Shown one piece after another: positions 35,001-48,925 of a stretch of DNA of 64,000 bases. This stretch comes from Macrostomum lignano. Lineage: Eukaryota. The notes beneath the pieces were generated by a model. The model worked only from the letters and a program-made list of their open reading frames with translations. It searched no databases and was not told where the DNA came from. The DNA lies in assembly GCA_002269645.1 (NCBI GenBank), contig NIVC01001370.1, positions 62,001-126,000 of the forward strand. The letters run 5' to 3'. How positions within the stretch are numbered: the stretch's first letter is position 1; each line of letters opens with the position of its first letter. The position numbers and the translations under genes were made by a program.

Positions 35001-38000
35001 CCGAGAGCCTCTCGTTACACATCCAGATGTTCTGCCTTGATGCTGGACTAGCTCACTTTCTAGGAATCTGTTCTGATTGCATTCTAACAAAATGAAGCAT
35101 TCTTGGCACTAAACTTTCTCGGCGGTTCTGAGAGCCAGAGCCTCAAACAGACAGAGAAATCTGTTCGAGTTGTGTCTGTAGGTTAGGTGGACCAGCTACT
35201 CCACAGCACTTCTAGGCGATAATCTGAGCCAGGAATCTCCGAGAGCCTCTCGTTACACATCCAGATGATCTGCCTTGATGCTGGACTAGCTCACTTTCTA
35301 GGAATCTGTTCTGATTGCATTCTAACAAACTGAAGCATTCTCGGCACTAAACTTTCTCGGCGGCTCTGAGAGCCAGAGCCTTAAACAGACAGAGAAATCT
35401 GTTCGAGTTGTGTCTGTAGGTTAGGTGGACCAGCTATTCTACAGCACTTCTAGGCGATAATCTGAGCCAGGAATCTCCGAGAGCCTCTCGTTACACATCC
35501 AGATGTTCTGCCTTGATGCTGGACTAGCTCACTTTCTAGGAATCTGTTCTGATTGCATTCTAACAAACTGAAGCATTCTCGGCACTAAACTTTCTCGGCG
35601 GCTCTGAGAGCCAGAGCCTCAAACAGACAGAGAAATCTGTTCGAGTTGTGTCTGTAGGTTAGGTGGACCAGCTATTCTACAGCACTTCTAGGCGATAATC
35701 TGAGCCAGGAATCTCCGAGAGCCTCTCGTTACACATACAGATGTTCTGCCTTGATGCTGGACTAGCTCACTTTCTAGGAATCTGTTCTGATTGCATTCTA
35801 ACAAACTGAAGCATTCTCGGCACTAAACTTTCTCGGCGGCTCTGAGAGCCAGAGCCTTAAACAGACAGAGAAATCTGTTCGAGTTGTGTCTGTAGGTTAG
35901 GTGGACCAGCTATTCTACAGCACTTCTAGGCGATAATCTGAGCCAGGAATCTCCGAGAGCCTCTCGTTACACATCCAGATGTTCTGCCTTGATGCTGGAC
36001 TAGCTCACTTTCTAGGAATCTGTTCTGATTGCATTCTAACAAACTGAAGCATTCTCGGCACTAAACTTTCTCGGCGGCTCTGAGAGCCAGAGCCTCAAAC
36101 AGACAGAGAAATCTGTTCGAGTTGTGTCTGTAGGTTAGGTGGACCAGCTATTCTACAGCACTTCTAGGCGATAATCTGAGCCAGGAATCTCCGAGAGCCT
36201 CTCGTTACACATCCAGATGTTCTGCCTTGATGCTGGACTAGCTCACTTTCTAGGAATCTGTTCTGATTGCATTCTAACAAACTGAAGCATTCTCGGCACT
36301 AAACTTTCTCGGCGGCTCTGAGAGCCAGAGCCTCAAACAGACAGAGAAATCTGTTCGAGTTGTGTCTGTAGGTTAGGTGGACCAGCTATTCTACAGCACT
36401 TCTAGGCGATAATCTGAGCCAGGAATCTCCGAGAGCCTCTCGTTACACATCCAGATGTTCTGCCTTGATGCTGGACTAGCTCACTTTCTAGGAATCTGTT
36501 CTGATTGCATTCTAACAAACTGAAGCATTCTCGGCACTAAACTTTCTCGGCGGCTCTGAGAGCCAGAGCCTTAAACAGACAGAGAAATCTGTTCGAGTTG
36601 TGTCTGTAGGTTAGGTGGACCAGCTATTCTACAGCACTTCTAGGCGATAATCTGAGCCAGGAATCTCCGAGAGCCTCTCGTTACACATCCAGATGTTCTG
36701 CCTTGATGCTGGACTAGCTCACTTTCTAGGAATCTGTTCTGATTGCATTCTAACAAACTGAAGCATTCTCGGCACTAAACTTTCTCGGCGGCTCTGAGAG
36801 CCAGAGCCTTAAACAGACAGAGAAATCTGTTCGAGTTGTGTCTGTAGGTTAGGTGAACCAGCTACTCCACAGCACTTCTAGGCGATAATCTGAGCCAGGA
36901 ATCTCCGAGAGCCTCTCGTTACACATCCAGATGTTCTGCCTTGATGCTGGACTAGCTCACTTTCTAGGAATCTGTTCTGATTGCATTCTAACAAAATGAA
37001 GCATTCTTGGCACTAAACTTTCTCGGCGGTTCTGAGAGCCAGAGCCTCAAACAGACAGAGAAATCTGTTCGAGTTGTGTCTGTAGGTTAGGTGGACCAGC
37101 TACTCCACAGCACTTCTAGGCGATAATCTGAGCCAGGAATCTCCGAGAGCCTCTCGTTACACATCCAGATGATCTGCCTTGATGCTGGACTAGCTCACTT
37201 TCTAGGAATCTGTTCTGATTGCATTCTAACAAACTGAAGCATTCTCGGCACTAAACTTTCTCGGCGGCTCTGAGAGCCAGAGCCTTAAACAGACAGAGAA
37301 ATCTGTTCGAGTTGTGTCTGTAGGTTAGGTGGACCAGCTATTCTACAGCACTTCTAGGCGATAATCTGAGCCAGGAATCTCCGAGAGCCTCTCGTTACAC
37401 ATCCAGATGTTCTGCCTTGATGCTGGACTAGCTCACTTTCTAGGAATCTGTTCTGATTGCATTCTAACAAACTGAAGCATTCTCGGCACTAAACTTTCTC
37501 GGCGGCTCTGAGAGCCAGAGCCTCAAACAGACAGAGAAATCTGTTCGAGTTGTGTCTGTAGGTTAGGTGGACCAGCTATTCTACAGCACTTCTAGGCGAT
37601 AATCTGAGCCAGGAATCTCCGAGAGCCTCTCGTTACACATCCAGATGTTCTGCCTTGATGCTGGACTAGCTCACTTTCTAGGAATCTGTTCTGATTGCAT
37701 TCTAACAAACTGAAGCATTCTCGGCACTAAACTTTCTCGGCGGCTCTGAGAGCCAGAGCCTTAAACAGACAGAGAAATCTGTTCGAGTTGTGTCTGTAGG
37801 TTAGGTGGACCAGCTATTCTACAGCACTTCTAGGCGATAATCTGAGCCAGGAATCTCCGAGAGCCTCTCGTTACACATCCAGATGTTCTGCCTTGATGCT
37901 GGACTAGCTCACTTTCTAGGAATCTGTTCTGATTGCATTCTAACAAACTGAAGCATTCTCGGCACTAAACTTTCTCGGCGGCTCTGAGAGCCAGAGCCTC

Positions 38001-41000
38001 AAACAGACAGAGAAATCTGTTCGAGTTGTGTCTGTAGGTTAGGTGGACCAGCTATTCTACAGCACTTCTAGGCGATAATCTGAGCCAGGAATCTCCGAGA
38101 GCCTCTCGTTACACATCCAGATGTTCTGCCTTGATGCTGGACTAGCTCACTTTCTAGGAATCTGTTCTGATTGCATTCTAACAAACTGAAGCATTCTCGG
38201 CACTAAACTTTCTCGGCGGCTCTGAGAGCCAGAGCCTCAAACAGACAGAGAAATCTGTTCGAGTTGTGTCTGTAGGTTAGGTGGACCAGCTATTCTACAG
38301 CACTTCTAGGCGATAATCTGAGCCAGGAATCTCCGAGAGCCTCTCGTTACACATCCAGATGTTCTGCCTTGATGCTGGACTAGCTCACTTTCTAGGAATC
38401 TGTTCTGATTGCATTCTAACAAACTGAAGCATTCTCGGCACTAAACTTTCTCGGCGGCTCTGAGAGCCAGAGCCTTAAACAGACAGACAAATCTGTTCGA
38501 GTTGTGTCTGTAGGTTAGGTGGACCAGCTATTCTACAGCACTTCTAGGCGATAATCTGAGCCAGGAATCTCCGAGAGCCTCTCGTTACACATCCAGATGT
38601 TCTGCCTTGATGCTGGACTAGCTCACTTTCTAGGAATCTGTTCTGATTGCATTCTAACAAACTGAAGCATTCTCGGCACTAAACTTTCTCGGCGGCTCTG
38701 AGAGCCAGAGCCTCAAACAGACAGAGAAATCTGTTCGAGTTGTGTCTGTAGGTTAGGTGGACCAGCTACTGAGAGCCAAAGCCTCAAACAGACTGAGAGA
38801 GCTGCTTCAGTTGTGTCTGTAGGTTATGTGGACCACCTAAGAGCCAGAGCCTCAAACAGACAGAGAAATCTGTTCGAGTTGTGTCTGTAGGTTAGGTGGA
38901 CCAGCTATTCTACAGCACTTCTAGGCGATAATCTGAGCCAGGAATCTCCGAGAGCCTCTCGTTACACATCCAGATGTTCTGCCTTGATGCTGGACTAGCT
39001 CACTTTCTAGGAATCTGTTCTGATTGCATTCTAACAAACTGAAGCATTCTCGGCACTAAACTTTTTCGGCGGCTCTGAGAGCCGGAGCCTCAAACAGACA
39101 GAGAAATCTGTTCGAGTTGTGTCTGTAGGTTAGGTGGACCAGCTATTCTACAGCACTTCTAGGCGATAATCTGAGCCAGGAATCTCCGAGAGCCTCTCGT
39201 TACACATCCAGATGTTCTGCCTTGATGCTGGACTAGCTCACTTTCTAGGAATCTGTTCTGATTGCATTCTAACAAACTGAAGCATTCTCGGCACTAAACT
39301 TTCTCGGCGGCTCTGAGAGCCAGAGCCTCAAACAGACAGAGAAATCTGTTCGAGTTGTGTCTGTAGGTTAGGTGGACCAGCTATTCTACAGCACTTCTAG
39401 GCGATAATCTGATCCAGGAATCTCCGAGAGCCTCTCGTTACACATCCAGATGTTCTGCCTTGATGCTGGACTAGCTCACTTTCTAGGAATCTGTTCTGAT
39501 TGCATTCTAACAAAATGAAGCATTCTTGGCACTAAACTTTCTCGGCGGCTCTGAGAGCCAGAGCCTCAAACAGACAGAGAAATCTGTTCGAGTTGTGTCT
39601 GTAGGTTAGGTGGACCAGCTATTCTACAGCACTTCTAGGCGATAATCTGAGCCAGGAATCTCCGAGAGCCTCTCGTTACACATCCAGATGTTCTGCCTTG
39701 ATGCTGCACTAGCTCACTTTCTAGGAATCTGTTCTGATTGCATTCTAACAAACTGAAGCATTCTCGGCACTAAACTTTCTCGGCGGTTCTGAGAGCCAGA
39801 GCCTTAAACAGACAGAGAAATCTGTTCGAGTTGTGTCTGTAGGTTAGGTGGACCAGCTATTCTACAGCACTTCTAGGCGATAATCTGAGCCAGGAATCTC
39901 CGAGAGCCTCTCGTTACACATCCAGATGTTCTGCCTTGATGCTGGACTAGCTCACTTTCTAGGAATCTGTTCTGATTGCATTCTAACAAACTGAAGCATT
40001 CTCGGCACTAAACTTTCTCGGCGGCTCTGAGAGCCAGAGCCTCAAACAGACAGAGAAATCTGTTCGAGTTGTGTCTGTAGGTTAGGTGGACTAGCTACTG
40101 AGAGCCAAAGCCTCAAACAGACTGAGAGAGCTGCTTCAGTTGTGTCTGTAGGTTATGTGGACCACCTAAGAGCCAGAGCCTCAAACAGACAGAGAAATCT
40201 GTTCGAGTTGTGTCTGTAGGTTAGGTGGACCAGCTATTCTACAGCACTTCTAGGCGATAATCTGAGCCAGGAATCTCCGAGAGCCTCTCGTTACACATCC
40301 AGATGTTCTGCCTTGATGCTGGACTAGCTCACTTTCTAGGAATCTGTTCTGATTGCATTCTAACAAACTGAAGCATTCTCGGCACTAAACTTTCTCGGCG
40401 GCTCTGAGAGCCAGAGCCTCAAACAGACAGAGAAATCTGTTCGAGTTGTGTCTGTAGGTTAGGTGGACCAGCTATTCTACAGCACTTCTAGGCGATAATC
40501 TGAGCCAGGAATCTCCGAGAGCCTCTCGTTACACATCCAGATGTTCTGCCTTGATGCTGGACTAGCTCACTTTCTAGGAATCTGTTCTGATTGCATTCTA
40601 ACAAACTGAAGCATTCTCGGCACTAAACTTTCTCGGCGGCTCTGAGAGCCAGAGCCTCAAACAGACAGAGAAATCTGTTCGAGTTGTGTCTGTAGGTTAG
40701 GTGGACCAGCTATTCTACAGCACTTCTAGGCGATAATCTGAGCCAGGAATCTCCGAGAGCCTCTCGTTACACATCCAGATGTTCTGCCTTGATGCTGGAC
40801 TAGCTCACTTTCTAGGAATCTGTTCTGATTGCATTCTAACAAAATGAAGCATTCTTGGCACTAAACTTTCTCGGCGGTTCTGAGAGCCAGAGCCTCAAAC
40901 AGACAGAGAAATCTGTTCGAGTTGTGTCTGTAGGTTAGGTGAACCAGCTACTCCACAGCACTTCTAGGCGATAATCTGAGCCAGGAATCTCCGAGAGCCT

Positions 41001-44000
41001 CTCGTTACACATCCAGATGTTCTGCCTTGATGCTGGACTAGCTCACTTTCTAGGAATCTGTTCTGATTGCATTCTAACAAACTGAAGCATTCTCGGCACT
41101 AAACTTTTTCGGCGGCTCTGAGAGCCAGAGCCTCAAACAGACAGAGAAATCTGTTCGAGTTGTGTCTGTAGGTTAGGTGGACCAGCTATTCTACAGCACT
41201 TCTAGGCGATAATCTGAGCCAGGAATCTCCGAGAGCCTCTCGTTACACATCCAGATGTTCTGCCTTGATGCTGGACTAGCTCACTTTCTAGGAATCTGTT
41301 CTGATTGCATTCTAACAAAATGAAGCATTCTTGGCACTAAACTTTCTCGGCGGTTCTGAGAGCCAGAGCCTCAAACAGACAGAGAAATCTGTTCGAGTTG
41401 TGTCTGTAGGTTAGGTGAACCAGCTACTCCACAGCACTTCTAGGCGATAATCTGAGCCAGGAATCTCCGAGAGCCTCTCGTTACACATCCAGATGTTCTG
41501 CCTTGATGCTGGACTAGCTCACTTTCTAGGAATCTGTTCTGATTGCATTCTAACAAACTGAAGCATTCTCGGCACTAAACTTTCTCGGCGGCTCTGAGAG
41601 CCAGAGCCTTAAACAGACAGAGAAATCTGTTCGAGTTGTGTCTGTAGGTTAGGTGGACCAGCTACTGAGAGCCAAAGCCTCAAACAGACTGAGAGAGCTG
41701 CTTCAGTTGTGTCTGTAGGTTATGTGGACCACCTAAGAGCCAGAGCCTCAAACAGACAGAGAAATCTGTTCGAGTTGTGTCTGTAGGTTAGGTGGACCAG
41801 CTACTCCACAGCACTTCTAGGCGATAATCTGAGCCAGGAGTCTCCGAGAGACTTTCGTTACACATCCAGATGTTCTGCCTTGATGCTGGACTAGCTCACT
41901 TTCTAGGAATCTGTTCTGATTGCATTCTAACAAACTGAAGCATTCTCGGCACTAAACTTTCTCGGCGGCTCTGAGAGCCAGAGCCTCAAACAGACAGAGA
42001 AATCTGTTCGAGTTGTGTCTGTAGGTTAGGTGGACCAGCTATTCTACAGCACTTCTAGGCGATAATCTGAGCCAGGAATCTCCGAGAGCCTCTCGTTACA
42101 CATCCAGATGTTCTGCCTTGATGCTGGACTAGCTCACTTTCTAGGAATCTGTTCTGATTGCATTCTAACAAACTGAAGCATTCTCGGCACTAAACTTTCT
42201 CGGCGGCTCTGAGAGCCAGAGCCTTAAACAGACAGAGAAATCTGTTCGAGTTGTGTCTGTAGGTTAGGTGGACCAGCTACTGAGAGCCAAAGCCTCAAAC
42301 AGACTGAGAGAGCTGCTTCAGTTGTGTCTGTAGGTTATGTGGACCACCTAAGAGCCAGAGCCTCAAACAGACAGAGAAATCTGTTCGAGTTGTGTCTGTA
42401 GGTTAGGTGGACCAGCTACTGAGAGCCAAAGCCTCAAACAGACTGAGAGAGCTGCTTCAGTTGTGTCTGTAGGTTATGTGGACCACCTAAGAGCCAGAGC
42501 CTCAAACAGACAGAGAAATCTGTTCGAGTTGTGTCTGTAGGTTAGGTGGACCACCTTCTGAGAGCCAAAGCCTCAAACAGACTGAGAGAGCTGATTCAGT
42601 TGTGTCTGTAGGTTAGGTGGACCAGCTTCTCTACAGCAATTGAGTTGCAGGCCTTGCAGCTAGCTACTTTGAGATCATCAAACGAAACTCACTTTTCTGG
42701 ACTCGGTGTCGACGGATCTGCGAGCAGACTGATGATTTTCACCAGGCGATGCGGCTTCTTCGATTTCGCAGTGGCTTTTTGCGACGGTGTTTTTTTAGTT
42801 TTTATTTTAGGCTTTGCGTCCTTTTTTGCGGGTCATCATATCTTGGTTGTAGATTACAGTTTTTGGCACAATAAATTTATATATGGATGAAACTTGGAGT
42901 AAGGATTAACATTAGACCTATTAAGTATAAAAAAAACGTTCTAATCTATACAATTGCAATCCTTTAGAGTTGTATAGTGTGGATTATAAGTACTTTCTTT
43001 TAAACTGTCGGTGTCTGGTCTCACTACGCCATGGTTTACGTGGACCACCCGCTTAGACATTATATATCCCTCTCTCCACTGTCTTACCTTCAGAACGCTT
43101 GCGGGTTTCCTATTGGCTGCGGTCGGTCCCATTGTTGGGGTGGATCTATCCTCCTAAGTGTTAACCAGCCAATTATAGAAAGGGAGGTCTGTCTGTCTGT
43201 CTGTTCCAACCCTATACTCCTGCACATGTGTTTACGTGGACCAAACAGACAGTGAGTGTTAGGCTGACTGTTAATGCGTTCTTAGTTTTACTGGGACCGC
43301 AATCAAGTCGACCTTTTGCTAGAGAGTCAGAGACCCGATCGCTAGCTAAAAGGCCCTTCTTAATTGCGTCCTCTTGATCAAATCTTTTGCATGTACATGT
43401 ATGAATTGTCCTTTTCAATTAGGTAAATTGCATCTTCAACTTTGCACTTGAAAGGCTGCAGCTTAGGATCTTCTTCTTCCAACATTGGAGGAGGATAGAA
43501 CAGGATATCCCATAGTGTTAGGATAGAATTGGCAAGCACTTAATTCATGAAGTTGCTATTTTCTTCTTGTGTAATGGTAGAGCCTCAGAAATTCGCATTT
43601 ACACAGTGTGGCTATCAAGGACCACTGGGAGTTCTTGAGAAGTCATTGAAGAATACTATTTAGGCTTCACTTAAATATCTTTCTTGTCTCGGAGTCTTTA
43701 TCGTTTGATCTGGTTAGCGAATTGGATTTCTTTACGTTGGTGTCTTACTCTGTGAGTCTGTGCTCAGAGTACGATACCGGAATTGCTGGAACTGAGCTAA
43801 TTAAATGGAGTTTAAAGTTTACTGTATCAAATTCATTTCGCATACGAGGTTTCAGAATTTTTAATTAACCTGCGTACCTACTTGAATGTCAAAGAACTGA
43901 ACGCATATTGTTTTAAAGCCAGTAGCGGTCATAATATGATGCTAACATAGCCCTTTGTTCGTAAGGTAATGATCTGTAAAAAATTCAGTTTTGCATTGAA

Positions 44001-44370
44001 TCTATGCATAATAACTGCTATACACAAACAGACACAAACAGACACAAACAGACACAAACAGACGATTTTTGAAAAATTTTCTAAAATTTTTCGGTTTACG
44101 TGGACCAGACTCGCTCGGTTTAGGTAGACCAGGCTGGAGGTCCAGCTAAACTGAAATGCAAATAACTTTGGAAAAAACCATGCTAGACATCCCAAAATTG
44201 CTTAAGCCTTTCTTGACCCGCCTGACATTAATGTGAGATTCTCATCAACGTCTTAACCCCACCAGAGACAAAATTATTTGGTGGTCCACCTAAGTGGTCT
44301 ACCTACACCGGGTGGTCCAGCTAACGAGGCTACTGAACTTCCAAAAAGTCCACGTAAACACACAGACAGT
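32065..44370. mobile_element. Putative 12.3-kb inverted-repeat-bounded element, unclassified, carrying a satellite array
   Basis: ACTGTCTGTGTGTTTAGCGGGAC at 32065 versus GTCCACGTAAACACACAGACAGT ending at 44370 (first 16 bp perfectly inverted). A GTGGACC motif recurs throughout and flips orientation near the right end. (GACA)n lies on both sides. No TSD or intact transposase seen. Confidence 0.45.
33130..42640. repeat. 9.5-kb satellite: 238-bp unit, very homogeneous, with interspersed 70-bp subunits
   Basis: TCGGCACTAA recurs at 35341, 35579, 35817 and 36055 (period 238). Roughly 36 long units, plus short units at both edges and at intervals. No ORF of 60 aa or more in the track. Confidence 0.97.
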
Positions 44371-44371
44371 A

Positions 44372-44521
<150 letters not shown>

Positions 44522-45034
44522 CTACACACTGGCCCAGCAGTGCAGAAGCAACTCCATCCATCGAACCCAAAAGTCTCCCAGTGACCGGAGTAATGTCCAG
44601 CTGCCTCGCCAAAAACAACCTATAGCACAGTAACGATTTTTTCGACAATTAATTGTTTTGTTTTTCATATGTTTTCTGCAAAAAACCTCTCACAAAAGAA
44701 CTGGCCATTGCTTAATGGACGCAAAGAGCTGGACAATTGGGCTCATTATAGCCATGGACAGGCACGGTCCTGTCTCTGCACAGGTTGCACAAAAAGCCCC
44801 TGGATTCATTTTCCGATTCCATCTCCATTTTTGAAAGCAAACGGCACGATCTCAATGAAAAAATCAGCTTCGATTGAACACATTTTTCCGATGATCAAAA
44901 GAAAAACTGGACTTGAAAGAAGACTTGTCCAGAAACTTTCGGTATTTGCGTGATTCATTTCTAAGCATAAGTGAAGAAGCTTGCTGTCTCTTGAGCAGAT
45001 AAATGATGCAACTAGGGTTGCGGTTGCTGAGCAG

Positions 45035-47585
45035 AGTGAGAGTCAGTCACTGATCATTATAGAATTGTAGAGTGAGAGTCAGTCACTGATCATTATAGAA
45101 TTGTAGAGTGAGAGTCAGTCACTGATCATAGAATGGTAGAGTGAGAGTCAGTCACTGATCATAGAATGGTAGAGTCAAGGTCACAGTCACTGATCATAGA
45201 ATGGTAGAGTGAGGGTCACAGTCACTGATCATAGAATGGTAGAGTCAGGGTCACAGTCACTGATCATAGAATGGTAGAGTGAGGGTCACAGTCAATGATC
45301 ATAGAATGGTAGAGTCAGGGTCACTGTCACTGATCATAGAATGGTAGAGTCAGGGTCACTGTCACTGATCATAGAATGGTAGAGTGAGGGTCACAGTCAC
45401 TGATCATAGAATGGTAGAGTGAGGGTCACAGTCACTGATCATAGAATGGTAGAATGAGAGTCACTGTCACTGATCATAGAATGGTAGAGTCAGGGTCACA
45501 GTCACTGATCATAGAATGGTAGAGTCAGGGTCACAGTCACTGATCATAGAATGGTAGAGTGAGGGTCACTGTCACTGATCATAGAATGGTAGAGTCAGGG
45601 TCACTGTCACTGATCATAGAATGGTAGAGTGAGGGTCACAGTCACTGATCATAGAATGGTAGAGTGAGGGTCACTGTCACTGATCATAGAATGGTAGAGT
45701 GAGGGTCACTGTCACTGATCATAGAATGGTAGAGTGAGGGTCACAGTCACTGATCATAGAATGGTAGAGTGAGGGTCACAGTCACTGATCATAGAATGGT
45801 AGAGTGAGAGTCACTGTCACTGATCATAGAATGGTAGAGTCAGGGTCACAGTCACTGATCATAGAATGGTAGAGTCAGGGTCACAGTCACTGATCATAGA
45901 ATGGTAGAGTCAGGGTCACAGTCACTGATCATAGAATGGTAGAGTGAGGGTCACTGTCACTGATCATAGAATGGTAGAGTCAGGGTCACTGTCACTGATC
46001 ATAGAATGGTAGAGTCAGGGTCACAGTCACTGATCATAGAATGGTAGAGTGAGGGTCACAGTCACTGATCATAGAATGGTAGAGTCAGGGTCACAGTCAC
46101 TGATCATAGAATGGTAGAGTGAGGGTCACAGTCACTGATCATAGAATGGTAGAGTGAGGGTCACAGTCACTGATCATAGAATGGTAGAGTCAGGGTCACT
46201 GTCACTGATCATAGAATGGTAGAGTCAGGGTCACAGTCACTGATCATAGAATGGTAGAGTGAGGGTCACTGTCACTGATCATAGAATGGTAGAGTCAGGG
46301 TCACAGTCACTGATCATAGAATGGTAGAGTGAGGGTCACTGTCACTGATCATAGAATGTTAGAGTGAGGGTCACTGTCACTGATCATAGAATGGTAGAGT
46401 GAGGGTCACAGTCACTGATCGTAGAATGGTAGAGTGAGGGTCACAGTCACTAATCATTATACATGTAGAATTGTAGAGTCAGGGTCACTGTCACTGATCA
46501 TTATACATGTAGAATTGTAGAGTCAGGGTCACAGTCACTGATAGAATGGTAGAGTCAAGGTCACAGTCACTGATCATAGAATGGTAGAGTGAGGGTCACT
46601 GTCACTGATCATAGAATGGTAGAGTCAGGGTCACTGTCACTGATCATAGAATGGTAGAGTCAGGGTCACTGTCACTGATCATAGAATGGTAGAGTCAGGG
46701 TCACAGTCACTGATCATAGAATGGTAGAGTCAGGGTCACAGTCACTGATCATAGAATGGTAGAGTGAGGGTCACAGTCACTGATCATAGAATGGTAGAGT
46801 GAGGGTCACAGTCACTGATCATAGAATGGTAGAGTGAGGGTCACTGTCACTGATCATAGAATGGTAGAGTCAGGGTCACAGTCACTGATCGTAGAATGGT
46901 AGAGTGAGGGTCACAGTCACTAATCACTATACATGTAGAATTGTAGAGTCAGGGTCACTGTCACTGATCATTATACATGTAGAATTGTAGAGTCAGGGTC
47001 ACTGTCACTGATCATTATACATGTAGAATTGTAGAGTCAGGGTCACAGTCACTGATAGAATGGTAGAGTCAGGGTCACTGTCACTGATCATAGAATGGTA
47101 GAGTCAGGGTCACAGTCACTGATAGAATGGTAGAGTCAGGGTCACTGTCACTGATCATAGAATGGTAGAGTCAGGGTCACAGTCACTGATAGAATGGTAG
47201 AGTCAGGGTCACTGTCACTGATCATAGAATGGTAGAGTGAGGGTCACTGTCACTGATCATAGAATGGTAGAGTGAGGGTCACTGTCACTGATCATAGAAT
47301 GGTAGAGTGAGGGTCACTGTCACTGATCATAGAATGGTAGAGTGAGGGTCACTGTTACTGATCATAGAATGGTAGAGTCAGGGTCACAGTCACTGATAGA
47401 ATGGTAGAGTCAGGGTCACTGTCACTGATCATAGAAAGGTAGAGTCAGGGTCACTGTCACTGATCAAAGAATGGTAGAGTGAGGGTCACAGTCACTGATC
47501 ATAGAATGGTAGAGTGAGGGTCACAGTCACTGATCATAGAATGGTAGAGTGAGGGTCACAGTCACTGATCACTGTCAGGGTCACG
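45035..47585. repeat. 35-bp minisatellite (TGATCATAGAATGGTAGAGTGAGGGTCACAGTCAC), about 70 copies
   Basis: Period of 35; two main variable positions (G/C and A/T). Confidence 0.95.
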
Positions 47586-48329
47586 AATAACAAAAGCCAG
47601 TCTGCCCAGTGAGTGAAAGTCAACTGCAAGGCATGCATTTTGCAGACCCCTAAAAAATGATTACCAAAATCGTGCACCAAACGACCGACGGCCTCTGCTG
47701 CATACGGAGGTCCTTCTTCACCCCCCGCCAGAGAGAAACATGAAAAAAGTGTAGGGAAAATACCAGCAAATGGTATAGGCCTACGCCAACCCGGATGGCA
47801 AATAGATGGATGGATGGAAGTGACGAGGTATGCGATAATGGAGACAGTGTTTGATTAGGGGGGGGGGGTTAACTTCCTGGTTATCCCTGATGGCAGAGGG
47901 ATATGTTGCTTGAGCTCAAATTTAGCTGTCAAAGTCACAAGCTCATATAGGGATAAGCTCTGAAGGCTGCTCCTACATGTACCAGTGAAATCTAATCTTG
48001 ACTGCTCGCGGGGGCTGGAGGTGTGCTCGAGAGAGAAAGAGTGACATATAGTGCGGGGGAATTCTGCAAAGGACTCGAAATTATTTTTTCTCTCAACTGA
48101 GATGGGGGGCACTGAAGCTGTCATATGCAGACGCTGGTGTTTCTCACTGTTCAGTCATGTTTTGGGTTATTTAACACATCTTCGGTGGGTATCAGTAGTC
48201 TAATAGAGTATTCCACTGAAAATAGTATCCCTAAGATAATAGTTGGGAATAGTATACGAGCCGTAGTTATAGATATTAAAGCCTTTATCTTTACTTTGTA
48301 TGTTGGGGGCCCCGTTTGGGTTTTAGGAG

Positions 48330-48925
48330 AGCCACTTTAGATGTTAGGGGGCGCCACTTTAGATGTTAGGGGGCGCCACTTTAGATGTTAGAGGCGCAAC
48401 TTTAGATGTTAGTTGGCGCCACTTTAGCTGTTAGGGGCGCTACTTTAGATGTTAGTTGGCGCCACTTTAGATGTTAGTTGGCGCCACTTCAGATATTAGT
48501 TGGCGCCACTTTAGATGTTAGTTGGCGCCACTTCAGATATTAGTTGGCGCCACTTTAGATGCTAGTTGGCGCCACTTTAGCTGTTAGGGGGTGCCACTTT
48601 AGATGTTAGTTGGCGCCAATTTAGATGTTAGTTGGCGCCACTTTAGCTGTTAGGGGCGCTACTTTAGATGCTAGTTGGCGCCACTTTAGATGCTAGTTGG
48701 CGCCACTTTAGCTGTTAGGGGCGCTACTTTAGATGCTAGTTGGCGCCACTTTAGATGTTAGGGGGCGCCACTTTAGGTGTCTGGGGGCGCCAGTTTAGAT
48801 GTTAGGGGGTGCCACTTTAGATTTTATGGGGTGCCACTTTAAATGCTAGTTGGCGCCACTTTAGATGTTATGGGGTGCCACTTTAGATGTTATGGGGCGC
48901 CATTTTAGATTTTAGGGGCTCCAGT
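48330..48925. repeat. 22-bp minisatellite (GGCGCCACTTTAGATGTTAGTT)
   Basis: Period of 22, divergent edges. Confidence 0.92.

Noticed and set aside
33130-42640. 238-bp array considered as a CRISPR array, a tandem-exon array or a hammerhead-ribozyme satellite
   Set aside because: There are no variable spacers and no cas genes. The candidate internal exon (71 or 83 nt) is not phase-symmetric. No CTGATGA..GAAA core is present on either strand of the unit.
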